Shown here piece by piece: positions 1-10,373 of a DNA stretch of 64,000 nt; position 1 is the first letter of the stretch; each line of letters opens with the position of its first letter. The stretch covers positions 3,968,001-4,032,000 of the forward strand of contig JBHGNT010000006.1 of NCBI GenBank assembly GCA_043228905.1, in the 5' to 3' direction. The position numbers and the translations under genes are program-made. This DNA comes from Azolla caroliniana (Eukaryota > Plantae > Polypodiophyta). The notes under the pieces were generated by a model that saw only the letters and a list, made by a program, of their open reading frames with translations, ran no database searches and was not told the DNA's origin.

Positions 1-53
1 CGGCTTCTTTCTCTGCACGAGCTCTTCTTCTTCACTTCTCGTCCTGGCCTTCG

Positions 54-303
54 GTAAGTTGAGAGAAAAAGGGATAGATATATATGAGAGAAAGATGCAT
101 ATTTATGTAGTGTGATTGCTGTTAGGCTGGAACCAGGGCTATTGCTTTCGGACACAGCAATTTGTTTGCCATTTCTTATTGGCTTGTTTCCTTCGTAAAT
201 GGGAAGTAGACGTGAGCACCGATTCAGGGTTTGAAAAATGGGCAGATTTTGTCGTGCCACTCAACCTGCTCTGTCAGATGTTGCCATGTCCTTCCTCATG
301 TAG
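54..303 (+). other. Putative 5'-UTR intron of INTS3
   Basis: Donor CG|GTAAGT at 54 after a CT-rich leader; pyrimidine-rich acceptor CTTCCTCATGTAG ending at 303, 38 nt before the ATG. An alternative acceptor CTGTCAG ends at 277. Confidence 0.5.
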
Positions 304-341
304 AGGCTCTTGCATGAAGTGGTGCTTTGAATCTGTTTGTC

Positions 342-3300
342 ATGACATCAAAGATGGTGCAAAGGCCTCCTCAAGATGCAGAAGAGGGGAAGATACTGAT
401 GAGATCCCCTTATGAGGCAAAAGAGGACTTTGAGAACAGTTTGTATCAATCATTTGTGAGTTTTCAGGCCCAACTTACACCTCCCTACCACATCTCTCCT
501 CAGTCGTTACCATCAGGAGATCTTACCCAGCTGAACCAAGCGTGGATTTATGCGTTCTTGACACAGCCTCGAATGCAACAATCCCTCTTCACACACCTGA
601 CAGCCATCACCACCGATGGGTATGCTTGCATTGTTTCTGTTCTTCTACGACTTGTCAATGAGCACTACCCAAAGCTTCTCGACCAGTGCCGCACTCAGCT
701 ATTGTTGCTGGTTAAGCAGTTAATAGCTTTGTCTGCATCGGAAGTGGAGAACTTATGCTTATCATTGTTGCGCTGCATCATAGGAGGCGATGTAACACAG
801 TGGAATGTGTGGCTGTCTGGGCAAGTGTTGGATATGCTCAGGAATAACTGGACCTGGCTTATTGGGAATCCAGGACTACTTACAAGTGCTTTGTTCACAT
901 TCCTTCGACTTTTACCGGATCATTTCATGGCTAAAAACACTGTATTAAATGAGCTAAGACAGGATGAAGCTTCTTTCTGTGTAAAGATACTTCGCAACTG
1001 CTTCCAAGAATGCCTCGTTATAGGCAGGGATCTTGTGCGGCTTTTGCAGGATGTTACTTTCATTCCAGAATTTGAGTCTATTTGGAAGGATCTACTCTCG
1101 AATCCATCTGCTTTCAATGTCTCTAGTTTTACAGATATTGCACAGCTATATGTCGTGCGAACACCGACACGTTACCTACTCTCACGCTTAACCATGGAGA
1201 TGGAATCACAAATCAGGTTCATGCTCACATATGTGCGCATGGGGAATCAGAGGCGCTATCAGGCATGGTTTGCTCAGCGCTTTCTGTCAGCACCTGGAAG
1301 TGAGACTTTGGTTTGTGATCTCATTCGTTTCATTTGTTGTGTTCACCATCCCCCAAATCACATCCTCCAATCGGACATAGTGCCACGATGGGCAGTTATA
1401 GGCTGGCTTTTGAAATGTTGCAAAAGTCAACATGTTGAGGCAAATGCTAAACTTGCTTTGTTCTATGATTGGTTTTTCTTTATGACCAAGACAGACAATA
1501 TAATGAATATTGAGCCTGCTCTTCTTCTTATGGTACACTCTGTTCCAAAGTACATAGATATTACTCATTCTTTGTTAGAGTTTTTGTTTCTGTGCTTGGA
1601 GCATTATGACCCTTCTAGGAAAGACTTGATAGCTCGTGGGGTGGTCACATCAGTGGACATACTGGTAAGTAAAGGCGTTGTTAGGTCATTGGAGCCTTTA
1701 GCATGTAATTCACATGTTTCTCCTTGGCTTAGGGAGAAGCTTGTTGCCTACTTCCCAATGTACTCCCAAGCAGAATCTATGGAAGCCCATAAAAATGTGA
1801 AGCAAGAATGTGTTCAGCAAGAGGTTCCCGATTCCATTCCATCCCCATTAGGTAGCATAAGGGGGGTTTCAACAGTCCAAAGTGAATCACATTCTAGACA
1901 AGAAAAACCGTTATCAAGAACTGTTACAGAACGAGACTTGGGTGAAGATAATTCTGAGCCAGGAACACCGACGATGGAGTCAAATAATGGAATGATGGAC
2001 AATAAGCTGCACAAGAAGAGGCGCATTGATATTGTAACTCTTAATGATCTTGCAAAAGCACTTACAAGGTCCCAAGAAGAGGCTGCTGCTGTTTTAGACA
2101 AGTTGATAGTATCTTTTATATCTGATAGTGACAGCAGTGTGACAACTGAAGGAAATGATGATGAAAAGACAGGGCATGCCATGGAAAGTGCTCATGCTTT
2201 CGCAAAGAAGGTTTCTGACATGGTGAAGGCGAGTGGACATGACTTATTTACACCACTATCAGGGTATCTGTCAGATTCTCTCGAAAATGATGAGATAATG
2301 TCAGTGACATCTGCAATTCTTCGCAGGTTTACCCAATCTAATCATCCAAAGCTGCTACAGTTGCTCTTAGCTTGGCACACTGAAGGTTATGCAGTTGGTG
2401 CCCGTCTTCTTTGTTACATCTGCAGGATAGCTGAGTGTATTGATCAGAGCAATGTTTTAACTGGTACTGAATTGAAACCAGATTTGGATGCCCTAATTTC
2501 TCCAAAATGTACTAAGGAGCCTCACAAGGATAATGAATTATCGTCTTTGTTAGAAGGAAATGAAAGTGGGAAAGCCTCTGCATTTTCTTGGCATAAGGCA
2601 TTGCAGGTGAATGAGCTACCTGAGGTGGGTATCTGCCAAAACTCAAAAGTCACAAGCAAATCTCACTTGCCTGTGGTTTCAGATGCATTTAAATCATACA
2701 AAGTGTACATCAAGGGTGTGTATAGGAAAAAAGGTACTTTTCCCAAACCTTCATCATGTGATTCGAAACTTGAAAATGGCATACAGACACAGGAAACAAG
2801 AGAGAGAGTAGATGAAGTAGAGGAAGTGCTTCTCCAGGACTTGGAAACATGTCTAACATGGAGTATTCAAAGGCTATTGCTTGTGATTTTCATGGTGTTT
2901 AGTCATCTTCCTGATGTCTCTGGAGGAAAGAAGGAAGTAATAAAGTTACTGGTATCTGTACTGGATCCAAGGAACCTATCAAAACTTGAGCTCAAGCTTA
3001 GTCTTAAAGAGATTTCAGTTCTTGGAAAGCAACCAGACCGCATAGCAGATCTGATAAAGAGTTCAGTTTCTTGGGACTGCTTTGAGCAGCAGTATTTCTG
3101 GAGGATGCTTGTTGCTGAGTTGCATAATGCAGTACCTTTTCTCGTGGAAAATTTAATTCTATCTTGTGCTACTTTTCTTAAACCTTTGATACATAGTGAT
3201 GCTCTGTCAGGATTTCTACTCTTTCTAAGAGCACAGTGGCCTACATCAAATCTGATTATAATTTTGTTGGGCCTCCCAGAAGATCTTAGTCTGTTAGTTG

Positions 3301-3539
3301 CAGCAGTTTTTGCAAGTTGGGTGTCATTGGATGCAACAAGGTTTTTGAATTGTCTCAATGCTATTTCAGTAGAGGGCTTGCAGACTAAAGAAGGGAGTGC
3401 AAATCGTAACTTTTTACCTTTATCAAGCTTTGTATGCTTCCTCAACAATTTTGAGGGAAACAGCTCAGAGATGGATGAAAAAAAGAAAACAGAACTCTCA
3501 CAGATAAAGAATACATTCCTTGAATTAGTGAGAAGATAG
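342..3539 (+). CDS. INTS3: Integrator complex subunit 3 (SOSS-A homologue), single coding exon, ~1065 aa
   Basis: Open frame 327-3539 with first ATG at 342. N-terminal INTS3 motifs IGRDLVRLLQDV, RYQAWFAQRFL, DLIRFICCVHHP, PRWAVIGWLL, AKLALFYDW, NIMNIEPA. C-terminal SVSWDCFEQQYFW and HSDALSGFLLFLR resemble the metazoan INTS3 C-terminal domain as I recall it. Confidence 0.93.
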   Translation: MTSKMVQRPPQDAEEGKILMRSPYEAKEDFENSLYQSFVSFQAQLTPPYHISPQSLPSGDLTQLNQAWIYAFLTQPRMQQSLFTHLTAITTDGYACIVSVLLRLVNEHYPKLLDQCRTQLLLLVKQLIALSASEVENLCLSLLRCIIGGDVTQWNVWLSGQVLDMLRNNWTWLIGNPGLLTSALFTFLRLLPDHFMAKNTVLNELRQDEASFCVKILRNCFQECLVIGRDLVRLLQDVTFIPEFESIWKDLLSNPSAFNVSSFTDIAQLYVVRTPTRYLLSRLTMEMESQIRFMLTYVRMGNQRRYQAWFAQRFLSAPGSETLVCDLIRFICCVHHPPNHILQSDIVPRWAVIGWLLKCCKSQHVEANAKLALFYDWFFFMTKTDNIMNIEPALLLMVHSVPKYIDITHSLLEFLFLCLEHYDPSRKDLIARGVVTSVDILVSKGVVRSLEPLACNSHVSPWLREKLVAYFPMYSQAESMEAHKNVKQECVQQEVPDSIPSPLGSIRGVSTVQSESHSRQEKPLSRTVTERDLGEDNSEPGTPTMESNNGMMDNKLHKKRRIDIVTLNDLAKALTRSQEEAAAVLDKLIVSFISDSDSSVTTEGNDDEKTGHAMESAHAFAKKVSDMVKASGHDLFTPLSGYLSDSLENDEIMSVTSAILRRFTQSNHPKLLQLLLAWHTEGYAVGARLLCYICRIAECIDQSNVLTGTELKPDLDALISPKCTKEPHKDNELSSLLEGNESGKASAFSWHKALQVNELPEVGICQNSKVTSKSHLPVVSDAFKSYKVYIKGVYRKKGTFPKPSSCDSKLENGIQTQETRERVDEVEEVLLQDLETCLTWSIQRLLLVIFMVFSHLPDVSGGKKEVIKLLVSVLDPRNLSKLELKLSLKEISVLGKQPDRIADLIKSSVSWDCFEQQYFWRMLVAELHNAVPFLVENLILSCATFLKPLIHSDALSGFLLFLRAQWPTSNLIIILLGLPEDLSLLVAAVFASWVSLDATRFLNCLNAISVEGLQTKEGSANRNFLPLSSFVCFLNNFEGNSSEMDEKKKTELSQIKNTFLELVRR

Positions 3540-3798
3540 AGTTTTAAAATGTCTTTCTTCTGCAAGAGATTATTTGTCATTAAATCAATAGCTGTTTGTA
3601 TCCAGAATATTCTCTTCATTACCAGAGCTTTCCTGCACACAGATGGCTAAGACATGTCCTTGCCAGGGTGCCTCAAAACAAATTTTTCCTGTCAATGGAT
3701 TCTCTTAGGTTTTCTTTCCATATGGTATGTTCATGAAGTGAAGCCCAATTTATGGGTATGTACATTTTTAAACTGACGCTTGTTATTGTGGTCATCTG

Positions 3799-3991
3799 TG
3801 CTGACCTATGCCTATTTTTCATTCCTTTTTCTTGATCAAATACTGAAGTCAAGAGAACTTGATCAAAGTGATCATGCCATGGCATACGTGCAACTCATTT
3901 TTCGAAGGAAATAGTGCTGGAGCTATGCCTGTTTTTCATTCCTTTTTCTTCATTAAACATTGAAGTCAAGAGAAGTAGATCAAAGTGATCA
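3799..3991. repeat. Imperfect direct duplication (~75 bp unit, ~118 bp period)
   Basis: CTATGCCT.TTTTTCATTCCTTTTTCTT...TGAAGTCAAGAGAA...GATCAAAGTGATCA occurs at ~3806 and ~3923. Confidence 0.8.
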
Positions 3992-4048
3992 GATGGAGCT
4001 ATGCTCAATGGATTGAAGTGCTACGTTTGGCAAAATACTTATTGAAAG

Positions 4049-4211
4049 GTATGTTGTTTATGCTTTGTGCATAATCTTCTTGATTTATGTTTTGTGCTCC
4101 TCAGTAGTATCAACTCTTGAAAAAGGGAGACCATTTAGAATGGAAATTCAACCGTACTAACGAGACAGCACATAATACTTAGCCTTCCATACCTTTTCTT
4201 TTCTACTTTAG
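4049..4211 (+). other. Putative 3'-UTR intron downstream of INTS3
   Basis: AAG|GTATGT donor at 4049; long pyrimidine tract CCTTTTCTTTTCTACTTTAG ending at 4211. Confidence 0.4.
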
Positions 4212-5615
4212 GGTTGATTCTGAAGACTTTTTTATGTGAATGATGAAGATTTGGAAAGATGATTGTATTGATTGGTGACAGAAAAGTGAAGAATATTTAT
4301 TGAGATGTGAAGTTTGCAATGCATGTATGATAGTTACAAAAAATTCAGCACAAAGCAGAGGTGGCAGGATTTACTTTTCAAGAATTTAAGGCAGGCTATG
4401 TTTGCTGGTGCCTATGTTTTGAATGGATGTTGATGAAGAGGAAGACTTCTGTGAATAAAATTTGAAAACAGGATTATGCACTCATTGCTGACAGAAAAAC
4501 GAAGAGTATTTGTTGACATGCTGATTTGTCGAGGCGTCTGGTGTTTTGTCTTGCAAGAATGTTGTCTAAGAGAAGGACCGGCTCATTTTGACCATTTCTT
4601 AATGATGGGTTTTTGACAAAATTATAACTGTCACGCGCTGTAAGCTATGTATAAATCTCATCTTCAGGCACTTTCCTGAACAAAATCAATTGTAGCATTT
4701 AATCTACTTTGAACTTCAGAGTGGGTGAAGAAGAAATAGCACCATTCAAATCACATTGCTTCACGAAGTTCATACTTGTGCCCTTGTACATTTGCAAGGT
4801 CCGTGATATGGTAAGGTGACTCTGCTTATGTATTATTGTCACAACTATGTGGGGAGAAAAAGAGATTGGCCATTTTCCATTTGTGCATAGGTTCCATTGT
4901 TTTCACAATTGAGAATTGTTGAATCTATGTTTTCTTTAATCTGCAACCTTCGGTTGGCTTTACATTCAACATCAGATGGCTCCCTTCATTGTGAATATGT
5001 ATGTGTGGAATATGAAGGAGGCTCTTTGTCTTGGGTGTAAAATTTGATTTCGGCAATCTCTAGATCCTTTAAGGCTCAACAACTTTGCGTTGGGATCAAA
5101 GTAATAGATAATATATTACCTTCATACTAACACTAACACTACTTTAGTTTTTACCTTCATACTGATAATGCCTTGACACTTTTGAATGTCTTTCCATGAA
5201 AGAAAACTGCAAGAAAGCTTTTAAGCTGTTATCTTCTATGGTCCTACCTAATGTTCATCATCCTCAAGAGTGCTGATCAAAAGAATATGCCAACGTATTA
5301 AAGACCATATTATGTTGAAGGTGATTTTGAATGTTGTCATTTGAGCATTCATGTGTAATTCATGCACTTTCAGCATTTAATAAAGTATTATCACTATATT
5401 GTCTTTTCTACTGATTAAAGGGGGACATGTATATTAATTAACACATGCACACTAACATAACTCAGTACTTTGGCAGCATTTTGTTTTTCGAAAATTTGTT
5501 CTATATTAAATACACTGGTATATAACTTCATGCCTACTCTTCTTAGGATTTTGATTGTGTGATACTATTATGTCTAAGATGATCTGCCTGATATGCCTGG
5601 ATTAAATATATCTTT

Positions 5616-5940
5616 GAGGTCCCTTTGATCCGGATATTTTGTTTTAGGATTTGTTTCACTATGGCCTGGTGTTGTTCGTAAGTCAGTCAATGTGGCTCTG
5701 TCAATCAAGTGGTCTCCTCCTGTGGGCATGAGATCTGTAATATAAAAAAAAATGTATGTATATATATATATATGCATGCATGCATGTATGTATAATGAGG
5801 CCCCCTTGGTCCGGATATTTTGTTTGAGGATATGTTTCTGGGTGTTAATTCCCTATCGCCCAGTGTTATTCACAAGCTAGTCAATGTGGCTCCCATATTC
5901 AATTGGTCTCCCCCTGTGGGCATAAGGTGTGTAATAGAAA
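5616..5940. repeat. Imperfect direct duplication (~130 bp unit) separated by a TA/CATG microsatellite
   Basis: GAGG.CCC.TTG.TCCGGATATTTTGTTT.AGGAT...AGTCAATGTGGCTC...TGGTCTCC.CCTGTGGGCAT.AG at 5616 and 5797. Confidence 0.8.
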
Positions 5941-7320
5941 AGTGTGCAGAGCTGAAGGAATGGGGAGAGAAGGGCTAATTGAATGTCCAAGTGCCGAGCT
6001 ACAGAGGGAGTGATGGAAGAGTTGCAGGAGTTGGAATGAGTGAGCTTACATTCCTTTATCTTAACCCCAGAAGCTGTACGCTTGTCGATATCCAGTCTAA
6101 CATCCACCCATGTGGAGCCATATAGTAGGTCGTGCATCATTGCCTGATGCCTGTCTATAAGCTGATGTTATTCCTCCTCTTAATGGATATGTTCATTTGG
6201 GTTGATTCATTCTCCCATGTTTTCTCCATGTTTTTCATTGACCATAATTTACATGACACGTGGGGTGTGGGTTTCAGAGATTAGTACTGAAATTTGGAAG
6301 CTGCAGAAAGATGTCCTGGAGAGAACAAGTGTTCCGTCCACACGATTGGAAGGGGTTCAAGGCATAAAGACCAATCTCTCCTGTATGAAGTAAGTATTGG
6401 CAGGATCTGGGAAGGGCCCTGGTCAAGGGAGAGCCCTGAGAAAAGTGAAATAATGCTATCTAAAGAAGGATGGATTGAAGGTTGACACCAGAATTGGAAG
6501 AGGGTTCACTCTCCAATAGTCGATGGAAATGTATGTGATTTAGTGTGTGATAGGAGAGTCCAAAGCACTATGCACAGATTCAAGTCAATTAGCATTGCGG
6601 TCACGTGGAAATCAACTTGTGATAGACCAAGTCAGAAAGGAATGGCTGAAAATGCAGTAGAGGCGGCCAACAGAAATTCGATAGAGGAATTTCCATCTGA
6701 GGCGAAATATGTTCTTACACAAGTTGGAGATGTTGGAAATATCTTTTCTGAAGCTGTTTCGATGGCATGACTTGTATGAAAGGAAGAGGTTTTGAGGTGG
6801 GCATATAACCCTACAACAGTCAGTGCAACCACTGAAGTATTGCCATCTTTGTATCAGGTGAAGGGGTATTCCAGCTCATTGATTGAATCATGGTCAAAGA
6901 GGTGAGTCATTGGTTGATCATTCAACTCACAGTAAAATAATGGTGGTTCAAATGTAATAGCTTTTCACAGCCGAAGTAATGAAGCCAAAGGGACTTGAGG
7001 AATCTCAGAAGATAATGGATGAAACTGGAATGGAGGGGGCTGGTGTACAATTCGGTCTAAAATGTTGATTCCAAACCTGGCCAACCCACATCTGCAGAAA
7101 GGTAGCAGTAGTGATCCAAGACAAGACAGTCCTTTTCTGCTGCCCATAAGGTGGTCTTCAGCAAATCTTGCAGATTTAAGACCCAAGATGTTTTCGATAT
7201 GGAGCGTATATAAGATGTCAACTTTTGCATTAACAGCTTATTTCATATACAAGAGGAGCCATCAGGAACAAGATGTTCACGTTACCAACTCTTGCAGGTC
7301 ACAATGGACTTGATGTCCAC
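5940..7320 (-). mobile_element. Possible highly decayed non-LTR (LINE) 3' remnant
   Basis: Composition shift and broken minus-strand frames with faint zf-RVT-like words (WNTPSPDTK..LQW, IETASEKIF..P.C); no intact motif. Confidence 0.2.
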
Positions 7321-8127
7321 TGTGATACATATGTCGATATAGTATATGCATGTGTCTGTGTATGTATATTTGGCATCCATAAGCTGTAGAATGCAATACC
7401 ATGTGCAGTAGGACTGACCATTTGATTTGCATTGTGTTACATTACCCTCCCTTTCGACAGACTGGTTCCTTGCATATGTATAAGCTTTAGATTATGTCTA
7501 ATTATCCTTCTTTTCCGTATATTTCTCTTCTTTCAAAGTAGGAAGGTATAGGAATTTGAAGTTCTCAACTAGTTCTTGCTATTTGCAAGATATTAGCCAA
7601 GCTCGAAATTAGATTCTCATATTGAAGTAAAGAAGCAAAACCGATTAATTGAGATGTGAGAACATCCGTCTATTATCTCTGTAACCAGCGTACACTCATC
7701 AAGGGCCTCTCAAATCTGTTCCATCTAATTCATCAATTACTGCAAGCCATCAAATCTTGTGAAACAGAACACAGTACAATCTTTTTTGTACTTTGTGTAA
7801 TCATCCTACACATTCTCTGGGTTATTGAAGGTCATGTTTTTTTCACCTTTATTTTTTGTTTCTGTTTCTGAAAAACGCAATGTTCACTCTAATTTTGGTT
7901 CTAGTTCTGTGCAAGACATTGTGTTTGTACTTTCAAATAGGGAATGAAATTCATAACTAGATTTGACAGATTATTCGAGTGAAATTCGATCACAAGATAC
8001 ATATTAGACAAGCTTACATATGAAAGTTTTTCAGGTCTAACAACTGTACATAAACTCGTGTAGAGAATCCCCATTCTCTAGTCATCTTGCTTGTAGTGTA
8101 TACCTTTATGTTATTCAAGCTTGACCT

Positions 8128-8470
8128 TGAAGTATGGCATACATGATATTATTTCAGATTGAATTTGTTAAATTTATTTATATAACCTTGAAGATGGATG
8201 TTTATTGCATTTTACAGAGCCATGTTTTACCATTAAAATGAATAACACCGAATGTAGAAATATTATTTCAGATGAAAGTTATTAAATTTACTTATATTAT
8301 CTTAAAGGTAGTGTTTCTTGCTCTTTACAGAGCCATGTTGTACAATCAAAAGTGAATAGCATTAAACATAGAAGTATGACATACAATATTGTTAAATTGT
8401 TTTAGATAGAAATAATTACATTTACTCATTATCTTGAAAGTGGATGTTTCTTGCTCTTTATGGAGGCATT
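8128..8470. repeat. AT-rich imperfect tandem repeat, ~3 copies of ~115-130 bp
   Basis: Recurring TATTATTTCAGAT / TTAAATTTA / TGTTTCTTGCTCTTTACAGAGCCATG units. Confidence 0.75.
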
Positions 8471-8787
8471 TATTGCATACAGTAAATTGATTCGATCAGA
8501 ACTATAAAATGGTTATAGAATCAGAACTATAAACAAACAGTGTATAATGAACATAAATTTATTGACCATCGTAAAGAGTAATGGCGACCTCAGAAATACC
8601 CAGTTTTTCCACTGCACACAACATAGTGCATAGGGACTAGTTTCCTTATCGACAAGTCTTAAGAGTAGCGATTTTCATCTCAGCACATAAAAACAGATGA
8701 TATTTCAGTTTCAAACCTGTTTGAGTAGTGATAAAGGCATCAAAATTTCCGAAAACAGCAATCATTGCCAAAATTGGATCACAAAAG

Positions 8788-9168
8788 CATAAAACATGAT
8801 TCATTATCGTGCATTCTCATTTCATTCATTACATGGTAAATATCAATGCGGATAAGCAATAAACCTCATTCAATAATATGCTATGATGTGTTAATAGGGA
8901 AAGCCTAAACCTCATCTGATTAATTTCTTTTCATCTGTAAGAGAAATTTTGAATCACCTCATTTACTGATTCGATAAAACATAGAACACAATCCATTATC
9001 ATGATTTCTCATTTCCTCCAATATATGGGATATATTTCAGCTGCTATTAAAGTTATACATGATAAGCAATAAACCTCATTTATTATATGTCATTAAGTGC
9101 TAATAGTGAAATCCTAAACCTCATCTGACTAATTTCTTTTTGTCTATAAAAGAATTTTTGAATTGCCC
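8788..9168. repeat. Imperfect tandem duplication, 2 copies, ~210 bp period
   Basis: GATAAGCAATAAACCTCATT at 8851 and 9061; CCTAAACCTCATCTGA.TAATTTCTTTT at ~8904 and ~9113. Confidence 0.8.
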
Positions 9169-9582
9169 AATTCAAAGACAAGGGAAGGATACAAATAATA
9201 CAATGCACTCATTTTTCTTTCTTTTAACATGTTCTTAGGTGGTTTACTTATGATGAGATCTCCAAAATAAATTAGTAGCCTTGCAAAAACTTACGCCCAT
9301 AACCATTTATATTAAAAGAAAAAAGCGCTTTTACATACATTGCGAGATTTTATTCTCAGAGAGTGTCAGTAACATATACAGTTCTAGCAATAATCCTCAT
9401 GCCATTGTAAAACCTTCAACCACACATTATGGCTGAGCTGTGTAGAATCCTTCATAACGTACGTGTCATGTCCAAAAACTGCTAAACTTGTTTGGCTTTT
9501 AACTGTTTTAGTCCCATGATGGTGTCCACAAAAAATGTCCTGCTTTGAATGTTCGGCCTAAAGTATTTGATACGCTGGGTAT

Positions 9583-10373
9583 TCAAAGTCTGAGCTGATT
9601 TAGAGCCTGTAGTGATGCTGCTTCTTTTGTCTCAGTGATGTCCTCTTCAGGAAGTGGTGGTGGTGCAGAGCAAACAGGCACTGCTCGACGAACACGTACT
9701 CGTGGAGCCAATGACAAGGCGGGTTTGAATGTTGGAGGATGAGGATTAACCTGAGGTGCAGGGGGTAGCATACCCATCCAATGGTGGTTCCCAGGGGCCA
9801 CAATCATCTGGTTATATGCTGTGGGCACAAAGGGGAAGCCTGTGTCTGATACATTAAGATCATTACCGTTATTAACTAGCATGACTGTAGATGGACATGC
9901 TTGGAACCAGTTGTTTTGTTCATAGTCACGCTGCATTTGATTCGTTGAGAAAACTGTAACATGGGACTCTGGCCCTAGAACCAAGGGCATTCCATGGATT
10001 TGTAATGGTACTTGACTAACCATTCCACTTGGCTGGTTCACAACCCATCCGCTAGCTGCACATGATTTCTCACGGCTCATTATGTTCTGACGATCAAAAG
10101 CATGACCATATGACCCCTTATTTTCATTCAGACAATCATTTGAATGGCCCGTTCCTTTTTCAGAATTTTGTAACAGAGGAATTATTCGAACACGTTGTTT
10201 TGTTTCGGCCCTGGGGATCTCAGTCCGAGATTGTGATGGTGGTGGTAGTGGTTGTGATATCTGTGCATCACTGTCCTTTTGAGCATTCAGTAAAGCCTGT
10301 GCAATGAGTTTCTGTAACTGTTCTTCATTTGTATCTGATAAATCCTGCTCTGATGATTTGGGACCCTGCACAA
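9583..10373 (-). CDS. DRB2: DRB2-like coding exon 3 (C-terminal region); spliced CDS 1260 nt, 419 aa
   Basis: Acceptor TTTTATCATGCAG|TT at 10374 is phase-compatible with exon 2 (C+TT=Leu); EEQLQKLIAQAL and LAPRVRVRRAVPVCSAPP motifs are typical of DRB2/3/5. Confidence 0.88.

Noticed and set aside
2903-3640. 245-aa antisense ORF over INTS3
   Set aside because: Shadow frame of the coding strand, non-ATG start, no recognisable motif.
4235-4525. C/D-box snoRNA candidates (TGATGA...CTGA) in a degenerate duplication
   Set aside because: No terminal stem or recognisable rRNA guide; such boxes are frequent by chance in AT-rich UTR sequence.
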